64,000 nucleotides of DNA from Leucoraja ocellata (Eukaryota). The stretch lies in assembly GCA_036785375.1 (NCBI GenBank), contig JAWMAR010000424.1, forward strand, positions 1,178,001 through 1,242,000. Direction: 5' to 3'. The translations under genes were made by a program, and so were the position numbers. The notes under the pieces were generated by a model. It was not told the DNA's origin. It was given only the letters and a program-made list of their open reading frames with translations, and made no database searches. Numbering within the stretch: the first letter of the stretch is position 1; every line of letters starts with the position of its first letter. Of this stretch, positions 27,437 to 38,974 are shown in pieces.

Positions 27437-27503
27437 GTCAGTGGAAGACAACGATGTCACATTAAAGGCTTCTTTCAGGTCATTCAGTTCCGTTGGGTTT
27501 AAG
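27437..27503 (-). pseudogene. 2OG/Fe(II) dioxygenase next exon, orphan
   Basis: Minus strand: ttcttttcacag| (S)LNPTELNDLKEAFNVTSLSSTD |gtaaga. 67 nt, phase 2-0, in frame with 27907-28031. Contains the DLKEAF motif. Confidence 0.8.
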
Positions 27504-27597
27504 CTGTGAAAAGAAGAATATTTACATTTGTTTATATAAAGATCCGTGCTTAAATGTTACTCAGTCATTTGTCCTGACACTTCCACAGATGTGTTGA

Positions 27598-27792
27598 ATA
27601 AATTTACAGAAGCCAATTAAGCCACAAATCCACAAGACTTTGGGATGTGGGAGGAAACCGAGCACCAGAAGAAACCCACGCGGTCACAGGGAGAACGTAC
27701 AATCTGTGTACATACAGCACCCGCAGTCAGGATTGATCCCGGGTCTCTGGCGCTGTAAGGCAGCAGCTCTACCCACAGCACCACAGTGCCGT
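27598..27792 (-). mobile_element. tRNA-derived SINE (HE1-like); related copies at ~32690-32985, ~35238-35532 and ~54650-54950
   Basis: - strand ggtagagctgctgccttacagcgccagagacccgggatcaatcc (Pol III A/B boxes) followed by a V-SINE-like core. Confidence 0.7.
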
Positions 27793-27906
27793 GATGTCAA
27801 ACCTTACAGTTTATGCAATCAATAAATAATCTTCCTGGTATGTGCTTCATAATATTTCCTTTCAGCAATGTGGATGCAAGAAAGGGAAATCTGGGGGGAA
27901 CCTTAC

Positions 27907-28031
27907 CTCTCAGTCTGAAAATCTATCCAGCCATGGCATGGAATATCTGAGTCCTTGGAACGAGCATATTGCTGTTTAATGTCCTTGGGAAGTAGAAAGA
28001 ACTTCCTGCAGATGTCCATTGCTTCAAACAC
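27907..28031 (-). pseudogene. 2-oxoglutarate/Fe(II) dioxygenase (IPNS-like, DIOX_N region) internal exon, orphan
   Basis: Minus strand: ctccacag| VFEAMDICRKFFLLPKDIKQQYARSKDSDIPCHGWIDFQTE AG|gtaagg. 125 nt, phase 0-2. FFxLPxxxK..Y..GW is the DIOX_N signature. Confidence 0.8.
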
Positions 28032-28128
28032 CTGTGGAGCAATGGTCCAAGATTAAATGTACTGTACAATTGGCATAGGTACACTAAGGTTCATGTCCAT
28101 TGTTAACGATTGTCAAAGGGTGAGATAG

Positions 28129-30828
28129 ATGCAATTGTGGGAGTTTAAAGCATTGCCTAATGGTTTAACTTCGGCTCCTAGGTTATTTACAAAATTGTTA
28201 AAACCAGTGTTGGGCCTATTCCGGGCTCAAAATCATATTGTAATGGCCTATTTGAATGATATCCTAATCATAGGCAAGACTCAGAAATCAGCTGAATTAT
28301 CTGTTTCAGCTACCAAACGCATGTTTGAGAGTTTGGGGTTTCTCATCCATCCTGTTAAATCCAAATTGATCCCATCCAGAGTCATTGATTATTTGGGGTT
28401 CACCATTAATTCAACTCACATATCTATGACTCTACCTCAAGGCAAGAGGCAAGAGTTAGTCGAAGCCTGTAGCACGCTCGTTGATGAGCAACAATCTTCT
28501 TTTCGGCAGGTTGCTAGTATAATTGGCAAATTAGTGGCTGCTTTTCCAGCCGCACAGTTTGGACCTCTGCATTATCAAAATTTGCAACGTGCAAAGGAGC
28601 ACGCACTCAAAAGTCATGCAGGGCATTTTAATAGACCTATGCGGTTACCAGCTGAAGCCGTTGCTGAGTTACAATGGTGGATAGCAAATATTTAGCTTTG
28701 CACCGGAAAAATGCGGATTGACAGACATTCAGTTTTACAAACTGATGTTAGTGCTCTAGGATGGGGAGCTACTGATACCATCTCCAGCTGTGGTGGCAGA
28801 TGAAATATGCATGAGGCATTACTTCTTCAATCACATGGTATTAACTATTTAGATTTGTTGGGTGCACACTATGGCCTAAAAGCATATTGTACTAATATGC
28901 ATGATTTGCACGTGCAGCTTCAGATTGACAAAACTACAGCAGTAGCATACATTAATCACGTGGGTGGAATCAAATCGGTATCATGTGATAAGTTGTCTAA
29001 CCTTATTTGCCACTGGTGTATTACAAGAAACATCTGGATTTCAGCTATCTACCTACCAGTAGATTTAACATGGTGGCAGACACCAGGTCACAAAAATTCA
29101 ATGACAACACAGAATGGATGTTGAATCGTGAAATATTCAAAGAGATTGTCACTCGGTATGGTGTACCAGACATTGATTTGTTTACATCCAGATTGAATCA
29201 CCTGTTACCAAAGTATGTTTCATGGGAACCAGACCCAGGGGCAGTAGCAGTAGATGCATTCTCGCTACACTGGGGTGGAATGTTTTTATATGCATTTCCC
29301 CCATTTTGCCTCATCAAGATCAAGCAAGACTCTGCCACAGGCATTTTGGTAGTTCCCGACTGGCCTACAAAAACCATGGTTCTCACTAATTCTAAGATTA
29401 AAACCACAGCCTTTTATGGCTATCCCCAAAAGCAGAAGCCTGCTGTTTCATCCCATAACTGGGAAAAATCATCCACTACATGAGCGTATTAATCTGTTGG
29501 TTTGCAGATTCTGATGAGACCGTTCCTGGGGCTTGGACTATCAGGGCGTACGGTGGATGTGATTACTGCGGCCTGGAGGGACCGTACTAAAAAACACTAT
29601 ATTTCTCATATCAAGAAATGGGAGATGTTCTGCTTGCAGTGCAATGTTTCATATCACACGGCAAGGGTACCTGATGTGTTGGAATTTCTTTCCACGTTAT
29701 ATTTTGATCAGGGACTAAGTTTCAGTGCCATCAATAGTGCCTTGCCATCCTACCTCGGGCTCCAGCAGCATCTCTGTCGTTGGCCAGACTAACTCTCAAA
29801 GTGGTTATGCTCATGGCACTGGTTTTGTCATGAGCCAGAAGCTTCAACTGGACAGGATGGTTTCATCTGTAAACAACGTAACCTTTTATGTTTATGATTT
29901 ACTTAAGCAGAACAGGCCAGGGAAGTCAGGGCTTAAACTTAATTTTATGGCATACCCCATAAACCTTCGCCTCAGTGTAGTCACGCACTTACAGCAGTAC
30001 ATCAAGGTCACCAAGAACCTCAGAGGCTCTGAATTGGCAATATTCGTCAGTCATAAAAAGCCTCATAACAAGGTGTCAGTACTGACCATCTCAAGGTGGT
30101 TAAAACAGGTTCCGGTTTGTGCTGGAGTGGATACTGATGTGTTTAAATCTCACTCCACCAAGGCAGCTTCAACGTCAGCAGCGAGGGCACAGGACGTCCC
30201 TCTCGACCAAATCCTCGCGGCCGCAGGATGGTCCAATGAATTGACGTTTGAGAGGTTCTATCACAAACCTCTTGCCACACCGGGGTATTTGGGCACTCGA
30301 TTCTAAATTCTGTTTTATAGCTTTCCCCTGGGACAGAGGGGTTGCTATTATTTTCCTTTTTTTGTTAAATAAAATATACCTGGTTAAGTCTGTATTATGT
30401 TGGAATGCTTTATTTGTTATTACTCATCCTGTGCAAACCAAGGCAGTGTGTCACATGGACTCGTATACACGGCATGAAATCACAGAGCTTTGAAGTCTTC
30501 ACGGAATTACTCACGTGACTCCGAAGTAAAATAGTAAGATTAAACAAGAACTTACCAGTTTGAAGTTTGATCTTTACTTTATGAGGAGTTACATAAACGA
30601 TTACATGCCCACCGCTCCAAACCCTCATATCACAAAGGTCATCTGGTAGTTTCTAAGTTTCTAATCTTCCTATGTTACTTCAATTACTGTTACCTGTGAT
30701 TTCACACCGCTGCTTTGAAGATTGACGCGCATGCGGACTGGCGGGGTTCTTTACGTAATCGCTTATCGTAACTCCTCATAAAATAAAGATCAAACTTCAA
30801 ACTGGTAAGTTCTCATTTAATCTTACTA
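28129..30828 (+). mobile_element. 5'-truncated DIRS tyrosine-recombinase retrotransposon
   Basis: RT (LPNGLTSAPRLFTK, AYLNDILI), RNase H, methyltransferase-like domain (IDLFTSRLN..DAFSLHW..YAFPPF) and YR (HSTKAAS..GWS..TFERFYHKP). Segment ~30530-30604 is complementary to the terminus ~30755-30828 (ICR structure). Confidence 0.92.
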
Positions 30829-32337
30829 TTAGCATTCATAGCAAAACGATTTGAGTATAGGAGCAGGGAGGTTCAACTGCAGTTGTCCAGGGTATTGGTG
30901 AGACCACACCTGGAGTATTGTGTACAGTTTTGGTCTCCTAATCTGAGGAAGGACATTCTTGCCATAGAGGGAGTACAGAGAAGGTTCATCAGACTGATTC
31001 CTAGGATGTCAGGACTTTCATATGAAGAAAGACGGGATAGACTCGGCATGTACTCGTTAGAATTTAGAAGATTGAGGGGGGATCTTATAGAAACTTACAA
31101 AATTCTTAAGGGGTTGGACAGGCTAGATGCAGGAAGATTGTTCCCGATGTTGGGGAAGTCCAGAACAAGGGATCACAGTTTAAGGATAAAGGGGAAATCT
31201 TTTAGGACCGAGATGAGAAAAACATTTTTCACAGAGAGTGGTGTATCTTTGGAATTCTCTGCCACAGAATGTAGTTGAGGCCAGTTCATTGGCTATATTT
31301 AAGAGGGAGTTAGATGTGGCCCTTGTGGCTGAAGGGATCAGGGGATATGGAGAGAAGGCAGGTACAGGATGGATGATCAGCCATGATCATATTGAAGGCT
31401 CAAAGGTCCAAATGGCCTACTCCTGCACCTATTTTCTATGTTTCTATGTTTCTATGATGATGTGGTAAATCGGATTAGTAAGTATGCAGATGATACTAAG
31501 ATAGGTGGTGGATAATGATTTTTAAAGTCTACAGATAGATTTAGGCCATTTGGAAGAGTGGGCTGAAAGATGGAGTTTAATGCTGATAAGTGTGAGGTGC
31601 TACATCTTGGCATGACAACTCAAAATAGAACGTACATGGTAAATGGTAGCGAATTGAGGAATGTAGTTGAACAGAGGGATCTAGGAATAACTGTGCATAG
31701 TTCCCTGAAGGTGGAATCTCATGTAGATAGGGTGGTAAAGAAATCTTTTGGTGTGCTGGCCTTTATAAATCAGAGCATTGAGTATAGAAGTTGGCATGTA
31801 ATGTTAAAATTGTACAAGTTACAGAGAAAGGTTGAACAATGCATTTCGTTGTCTCTGTACTGTACACTGACAATGACAATTAAAATTGAATCTGAATCTG
31901 AATCTGAATCTGAATCTGAACAAGTTAGGTCTTTATTCTTTGGAGCACAGAAGGTTAAGGGGGGACTTGATAGAACTCTTTAAAATGATGAGAGGGATAG
32001 ACAGAGTTGACGTGGATAAACTTTTTCCATTGAGAGTAGGGAAGATTCAAACAAGAGGACATGATTTGAGAATTAAGGGCAGAAGCTTAGGGGTAACATG
32101 AGGGGGAACTTCTTTACTCAGAGAGTGGTAGCTGTGTGGAATAAACTTCCAGTGGAAGTGGTGGAGGCAGGTTCGATTTTATCATTTAAAAATAAATTGG
32201 ATAGGTATATGGACGGAAAATGATTGGAGGGTTATGGTCTGAGTGCAGGTAGATGGGACTAGGTGAGAATAAGTGTTCGGCACAAACTAGAAGGGCCGAG
32301 ATGGCCTGTTTCCGTCCTGTAATTGTTATATGGTTAT
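30829..32337 (+). mobile_element. Two adjacent CR1 3' fragments, with a short Rex1-like tail insertion (~31840-31920)
   Basis: LVRPHLEYCVQFWSP and MEFNADKCEVLHLG; (TGAATC)n insertion flanked by tgaacaa. Confidence 0.85.
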
Positions 32338-32395
32338 AGCTTTACTTTCCTTATCACATGTTCTTTATATTCTTCATCTAGCAAATCATTCAGTT

Positions 32396-32489
32396 ACTTT
32401 CACTTAGTATTGAATTGTACAAAGGTTGATCTAGCCTAGGAAGTAAAACAGTGTTTCTTACAATAACCAAACCGTTCATGGATATAAAA
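32396..32489 (+). promoter_or_regulatory. Putative promoter of distal leader exon (IRF-E, ETS, TATA-like)
   Basis: ACTTTCACTT (AAGTGAAAGT on - strand) 32396-32405, AGGAAGT 32438-32444, TATAAAA 32483-32489. Motif matches only. Confidence 0.4.
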
Positions 32490-32512
32490 TGGTGTAAAGG
32501 GGTGAAGCAAGG

Positions 32513-32561
32513 ATGAACATTCTGACTCTTTGCAGTGTGGTCTCATTTATTTCAGCATCAG
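32513..32561 (+). CDS. B7-H6-like gene, leader exon, distal duplicate copy
   Basis: Same 49-nt exon and donor as 35061-35109, inside a ~2.55-kb tandem duplication. Confidence 0.6.
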
Positions 32562-34944
32562 GTGAAGTATTACTGATCAGTTTTTCTTACCTTCTCCCTC
32601 TCTGTTACACTATCCTCTGCACTCAGTTTTATTTCTCTTTTTGCACTACCTGTTACACTCATGTTTGGTATGTTTTGTATAGTTTAGAGATACAGGGCGG
32701 AAACATGTCCTTCGGCCCACAGAGTCCACACCGTCCAGCGATCCCGTACATTAACACTATCCTACACACACTGTGGACAATTCTTTACACATACACCAAG
32801 CTAATGAACCTATAAACCTGCACATCTTGGACTGTGGGAGGGAAGCGAAAATCTCGCTGAAAACCCACGCAGTCACAGGGAGAACGTAGTCACACAGAAA
32901 CCCACGCAGTCACAGTAGTCGCGATGGAACCCGGGTCTCCGGTGCTGCAAGCGCTGTAAGGCAGCAACTCTACCGTTGCGCCACCATATGATTGTACACA
33001 CCTATGTGGTATGATCTTCCTGGATATCATGCAAAGCAGAGATTTTGGGCTGTATCTCGGTACGCGTTAAACCAATACTAAAACCAATGCCGTTTTCTTT
33101 AAGAGGCATTGGAGGGGAACAAGCAGGAAATGGATGGATATAGAACATATCCAGTTTAAATCGGCATTAATTTAAGGTGGCGGGAAGGAACTGCAGATGC
33201 TGGTTAACACCGAAGAGACGCAAAATGCTGGAGTAACTCAGTGGGTCAGACAGCATCTCTGGAGAGAAGGAATGGAATCAATTTAACATAGCGGGAAGGG
33301 GTGATCTTATAGAGGTGTATAAAATCACGAGAGGAATGGATCAGGTAAATACACAGAGTCTCTTGTCCGGAGGAGAGGAACCGAGAACCAGAGGATTTAG
33401 TTTTAAGGTGAGGAGGGAAAGATTTAATAGGAACCTGAGTGGTAACTTTTTCATACAAAGGGTGGTGGGTGTATGGAACAAGCTGCCGCGGGAGGTAGTT
33501 GAAGCAGGTACTATTGCGACATTTATGAAACATTTAGACAGGTACATGGATAGGACAGGTTTAGAGGGAAATGGGCTAAACGCAGGCAGGTGGGACTAGT
33601 GTTGCTGGGACATGTTTGCCGATGTGGGCAAGTTGGGCGGAAGAGCCTGTTTCCACACTGTATCACTCTATGACTCTATCAAGATTGGCACAGACATTGT
33701 GGGCCAAAGGGCCTGTTCCTACATTGTCTATCATAGTTATACTTCCATACAGCACAAAAACAGGCCCGTCGGCCTGACTCATGCACACCGACCTAGATGT
33801 CCCATCTACACTAGTCCCACCTGCCCGCGTTTGGCCCATATTTCTCTAAACCTTTTCCCATCCATGTGACTGTACAAATGTCTTTTAAATTTTGTTTTGT
33901 AGTACCCGCTTCGACTACCTCCTCTGGCAGTTTGTTCCATACACCCACCATTCTGTGTGAAAAAGTTGCTTCTCAAATTTCTATTAAATCTTACCCCTCT
34001 CACTTAAACCTCTGTTCCCTGGTTATTGAAGATAGACACAAAATGCAGGAGTAACGCAACGAGACAGGCAGCATCTCTGGAGATGGAATGGGTGATGTTT
34101 CAGGGCAAGACCCTTCTTCAGACTGATGTCAGGGGAGAGGGAGATACATTGATTAAGAAGTGTAAGGTGTGAAAATAGGACAAAGGGAATGTAGATCAAG
34201 GACAATGTAGAATAGATCATTGTTCGCTGGTAGAAGGTAACAACAAAGCAAACAGAGAATAAAATGTAGTCGTAGATGTAAGACTGGTCCGAGAACTGGG
34301 AAGGGAGTTGGATGGAGAGAGAGGGGAAGCAAGGGCTACTTGAAGTTAGAGAAGTCAATGTTCATACCGCTGGGGTGTAAGCTGCCCAAGCGAAATATGA
34401 GGTGCTGTTCCTCCAATATGCGCTGGGCCTCACTCTGACAACTGACTAAGTTACAAAGAAAGGTTGAACAAGTTAGGTCTTTATTCTTTGGAGTACAGAA
34501 GGTTAAGGGGGGACTTGATAGAAGTCTTTAAAATGATGAGAGGGATAGACGGAGTTGACGAGGAGAAACTTTTTCCATTGAGAGTAGAGAAGATTCAAAC
34601 AAGAGGACATGATTTGAGAATTAAAGGACAGAAGTTTAGGGGTAACATGAGGGGGAACTTCTTTACTCAGAGAGTGGTAGCTGTGTGGAATGAACCTCCA
34701 GTGGAAGTGATGGAGGCAGGTTCGATTTTATCATTTAAAAATAAATTGGATAGGTATATGGACGGAAAAGGATTGGAGGGTTATGGTCTGAGTGCAGGTA
34801 GATGGGACTAGGTGAGAATAAGTGTTCGGCACGGACTAGAAGGGCCGAGGTGGCCTGTTTCCGTGCTGTAATTGTTATATGGTTATAGCTTTACTTTCCT
34901 TATCACATGTTCTTTATATTCTTCATCTAGCAAATCATTCAGTT

Positions 34945-35038
34945 ACTTTCACTTAGTATTGAATTGTACAAAGGTTGATCTGGCCTAGGAAGTAAAACAG
35001 TGTTTCTACAATAACCAAACCGTTCATGGATATAAAAT
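34945..35038 (+). promoter_or_regulatory. Putative promoter of proximal leader exon (IRF-E, ETS, TATA-like)
   Basis: ACTTTCACTT 34945-34954, AGGAAGT 34987-34993 and TATAAAA retained in the duplicate. Confidence 0.4.
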
Positions 35039-35060
35039 GGTGTAAAGGGGTGAAGCAAGG

Positions 35061-35109
35061 ATGAACATTCTGACTCTTTGCAGTGTGGTCTCATTTATTT
35101 CAGCATCAG
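35061..35109 (+). CDS. NCR3LG1: B7-H6/NCR3LG1-like gene, leader (signal peptide) exon, proximal copy
   Basis: ATG 35061 reads MNILTLCSVVSFISAS, then G|GTGAAG phase-1 donor. It joins in frame to the V exon (G+AT = Asp). Short hydrophobic stretch ending in small residues. Confidence 0.7.
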
Positions 35110-36574
35110 GTGAAGTATTACTGATCAGTTTTTCTTACCTTCTCCCTCTCTGTTACACTATCCTCTGCACTCAGTTTTATTTCTCTTTTTGCACTACCTG
35201 TTACACTCATGTTTGGTATGTTTTGTATAGTTTAGAGATACAGGGCGGAAACATGTCCTTCGGCCCACAGAGTCCGCGCCGTCCAGCGATCCCGTACATT
35301 AACACTATCCTACACACACTGTGGACAATTCTTTACACATACACCAAGCTAATGAACCTATAAACCTGCACATCTTGGAGTGTGGGAGGGAAGCGAAAAT
35401 CTCGCTGAAAACCCACGCAGTCACAGGGAGAACGTAGTCACACAGAAACCCACGCAGTCACAGTAGTCGCGATGGAACCCGGGTCTCCGGTGCTGCAAGC
35501 GCTGTAAGGCAGCAACTCTACCGTTGCACCATCATATGATTGTACACACCTATGTGGTATGATCTTCCTGGATATCATGCAAAGCAGAGCTTTGTGCTGT
35601 ATCTCGGTACGTGTTAAACCAATACTAAAACCAATGCCGTTTTCTTTAAGAGGCATTGGAGGGGAACAAGCAGGAAATGGATGGATATAGAACATATCCA
35701 GTTTAAATCGGCATTAATTTAAGGTGGCAGGAAGGAACTGCAGATGCTGGTTAACACCGAAGAGACGCAAAATGCTGGAGTAACTCAGTGGGTCAGACAG
35801 CATCTCTGGAGAGAAGGAATGGAATCAATTTAACATAGCGGGAAGGGGTGATCTTATAGAGGTGTACAAAATCACGAGAGGAATGGATCAGGTAAATACA
35901 CAGAGTCTCTTGCCCGGAGGAGAGGAACCGAGAACCAGAGGATTTAGTTTTAAGGTGAGGAGGGAAAGATTTAATAGGAACCTGAGCGGTAACTTTTTCA
36001 TACAAAGGGTGGTGGGTGTATGGAACAAGCTGCCGCGGGAGGTAGTTGAAGCAGGTACTATTGCGACATTTATGAAACATTTAGACAGGTACGTGGATAG
36101 GACAGGTTTAGAGGGAAATGGGCTAAACGCAGGCAGGTGGGACTAGTGTTGCTGGGACATGTTTGCCGATGTGGGCAAGTTGGGCTGAAGGGCCTGTTTC
36201 CACACTGTATCACTCTATGACTCTATCACGATTGGCACAGACATTGTGGGCCAAAGGGCCTGTTCCTGCATTGTCTATCATAGTTATACTTCCATACAGC
36301 ACAAAAACAGGCCCGTCGGCCTGACTCATGCACACCGACCTAGATGTCCCATCTACACTAGTCCCACCTGCCCGCGTTTGGCCCATATTCCTCTAAACCT
36401 TTTCCCATCCATGTAACTGTACAAATGTCTTTTAAATTTTGTTTTGTAGTACCCGCTTCTTCTACCTCCTCTGGCAGTTTGTTCCATACACCCACCATTC
36501 TGTGTGAAAAAGTTGCTTCTCAAATTTCTATTAAATCTTACCCCTCTCACTTAAACCTCTGTTCCCTGGTTATT

Positions 36575-37040
36575 GAAGATAGACACAAAATGCAGGAGTA
36601 ACGCAACGAGACAGGCAGCATCTCTGGAGATGGAATGGGTGACGTTTCAGGGCAAGACCCTTCTTCAGACTAATGTCAGGGGAGAGGGAGATACATTGAT
36701 AAGGAAGTGTAAGGTGTGAAAATAGGACAAAGGGAATGTAGATCAAGGACAATGTAGAATAGATCATTGTTCGCTGGTAGAAGGTAACAACAAAGCAAGC
36801 AGAGAATAAAATGTAGTCGGAGATGTAAGACTGGTCCGAGAACTGGGAAGGGAGTTGGATGGAGAGAGAGGGAAAGCAAGGGCTACTTGAAGTTAGAGAA
36901 GTCGATGTTCATACCACTGGGGTGTAAGCTGCCCAAGCGAAATATGAGGTGCTGTTTCTCTAATATGCGTTGGGCCTCACTCTGACAATGGAGGAGGCCC
37001 AGGACAGAAAGGTCAGTGTGGGAATGGGAGTGGGAGATAA
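36575..37040 (-). mobile_element. Penelope-like element 3' remnant (duplicate at ~34028-34441)
   Basis: - strand encodes LEKQHLIFRLGSLHPSGMNIDF (C-terminus of the Penelope GIY-YIG ORF), followed by a hammerhead-like CTGAAGA..GAAACGTC motif. Confidence 0.75.
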
Positions 37041-37835
37041 AGTGATTCCCCTACTCTGGGTAAAAGACGCTGTGCATTCATCCTATCTATTCCCATCAGG
37101 ATCTAATACACCTTTGTAAGATCACCACTCATCGTCCTGTTCTAGCCTGCCCAACCTCTCCCTGTAGTTCAGGCCCTGCAGTCTAGGTTCGATATTTGGT
37201 TAAGGGTTGCATAGAAACATAGAAACATAGAAACTAGTGCAGGAGGAGGCCATTCGGCCCTTCGAGCCAGCACCGCCATTCATTGTGATCATGGCTGATC
37301 GTCCCCTATCAATAACCCGTGCCTGCCTTCTCCCCATATCCCTTGACTCCTCTAGCCCTTAGAGCTCTATCTAACTCTCTCTTAAATCCATCCAATGACT
37401 TGGCCCCCACCGCCCTCCATAGTGGTGAAATAATGGTGCACTGGAGATCCTGGCTTGGATCCTGACTTCAAGATATGACAGTGGTGTTTAAGAGGCTTTT
37501 GAAGGGCACATGGATATGCAGGGAATGGAGGGATCACGTGCTGGCAGAGGAGATTAGTTTAATTTGGCATAATATTCGTCACGGACACTTTGGCTGAAGG
37601 GTCTGTTCCCATGCTGTACTGTTTTATGCTCTATGTTTAAATGCTGACTGTGTGGAGTTTGCATGTTCTCCATGTGACTGTGTGGCCTGGTTAATTGGCA
37701 ACTACAAAATCCCTCAGTGTAGGTGGGTGGCAGGAATACAGGGAGGGAGATGATGTATGGATTGATTAATAGATTATAAGGGAGGGAGGAATACTGAGGC
37801 AGCATCCTTCCATACTGATAGCTTTCCTCTGTGCA

Positions 37836-38697
37836 AATAACCTGCTCCTCAACACCTTAAAGACAAAGGAAGTAATAATAGACTTCAGGAAGAATAAAAC
37901 GGACATGGTACCATTGACTATCAGAGGGGACTGTGTGGAGAGGGTGGCGGATTTCCGCTTCCTGGGAATCCATATTGAGGAGGACCTGACGTGGAGCGTG
38001 AACACCACTGCGCTGCTGAAAAAGGTCCAGCAGAGACTGCACTTCCTGAGGGTGCTCAGGAAGAATAACATCACTCAGAGACTGCTGCTGTCCTTTTATC
38101 GGTGCTCCATTGAGAGCATACTAACATACTGTGTATGCGTGTGGTACACCAGCTGCACAGCGGCTCAGAGTAAAGCGCTCCAGAGGGCCATTGACAACGC
38201 CCAGAGGATTGTCGGCTGCCCTCTCCTTACCTTGGAGGACTTACACAGTTCCCGCTGCACCAAAAAATCCCAGAGCATCATAAAGGACATTTCCCACCCC
38301 GGACACTCCCTGTTTGAACTGTTGCCGTCAGGCAGACGGTACAGATCTACAAGGACAAGGACGAACAGACTAAAAAACAGTTTTTACCCCACTGCTATAA
38401 AAGCACTAAATGTAGCCTCCAAGGAACGCAGGGGCGAGACAAACTAAGGGACTGTGGTTCACTGTGAAATCGACAGAAGGATGGAGGGTTGGGTGTTTAT
38501 GCGTGCTATTTTCGTGATATTTATTTAGTTGTTTATCTTTTAATATTTTACCTTGTATGTATTGTTAGCTTTTAGAAATGTTTGAATGGTGCACTGACTG
38601 GCTGACATTTTTAAATTTTGTTGTACATGGCTCATGTTACAATGACAATAAAGAAACTATTCTATTCTATTTTATTCTATTCTATTCTATTCTATTC
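37836..38697 (+). mobile_element. Rex1/Babar LINE 3' fragment
   Basis: FRFLGIHIEEDLTWS..FYRCSIESILTYC..LLPSGRRYRS..SFYPTAI; (TCTAT)n tail. Confidence 0.9.
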
Positions 38698-38974
38698 TAG
38701 CTGCCATAGACTCATGGGTTGAATGGCCTTCTACATATTGATTGATTGAAAGCTGCAGCCCTTTCTCTTCTCTCCGTCTCTTGGAGCGGCATCCGATCCA
38801 ACCGAGCCCCAGGCTATTGCAGGGCCTCCAGCAGCCCACTCCCCCGTCGAGGCCATGTACTCCCTCCCGCAGCCCACATGCTCACAGGCCCTCCTATCAG
38901 GGTGGGCTTTTCGGGCGGGTTCATGTATTTCTGGTCCGTGGTGTGGGTTCCCGTGTTCCCGCTCTGTGGTTGGT

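Larger units (their letters stand above)
31816..36988 (+). repeat. ~2.55-kb tandem duplication (copy 1 ~31816-34441, copy 2 ~34448-36988) containing promoter and leader exon
   Basis: Near-identical sequence at an offset of 2547-2548; for example ORFs 32513/35061 and 33315/35862 are almost identical. Confidence 0.95.

Noticed and set aside
32562-32815. 100-aa ORFs 32513-32815 and 35061-35363 as standalone membrane proteins
   Set aside because: Read-through past the donor into intron and SINE sequence.
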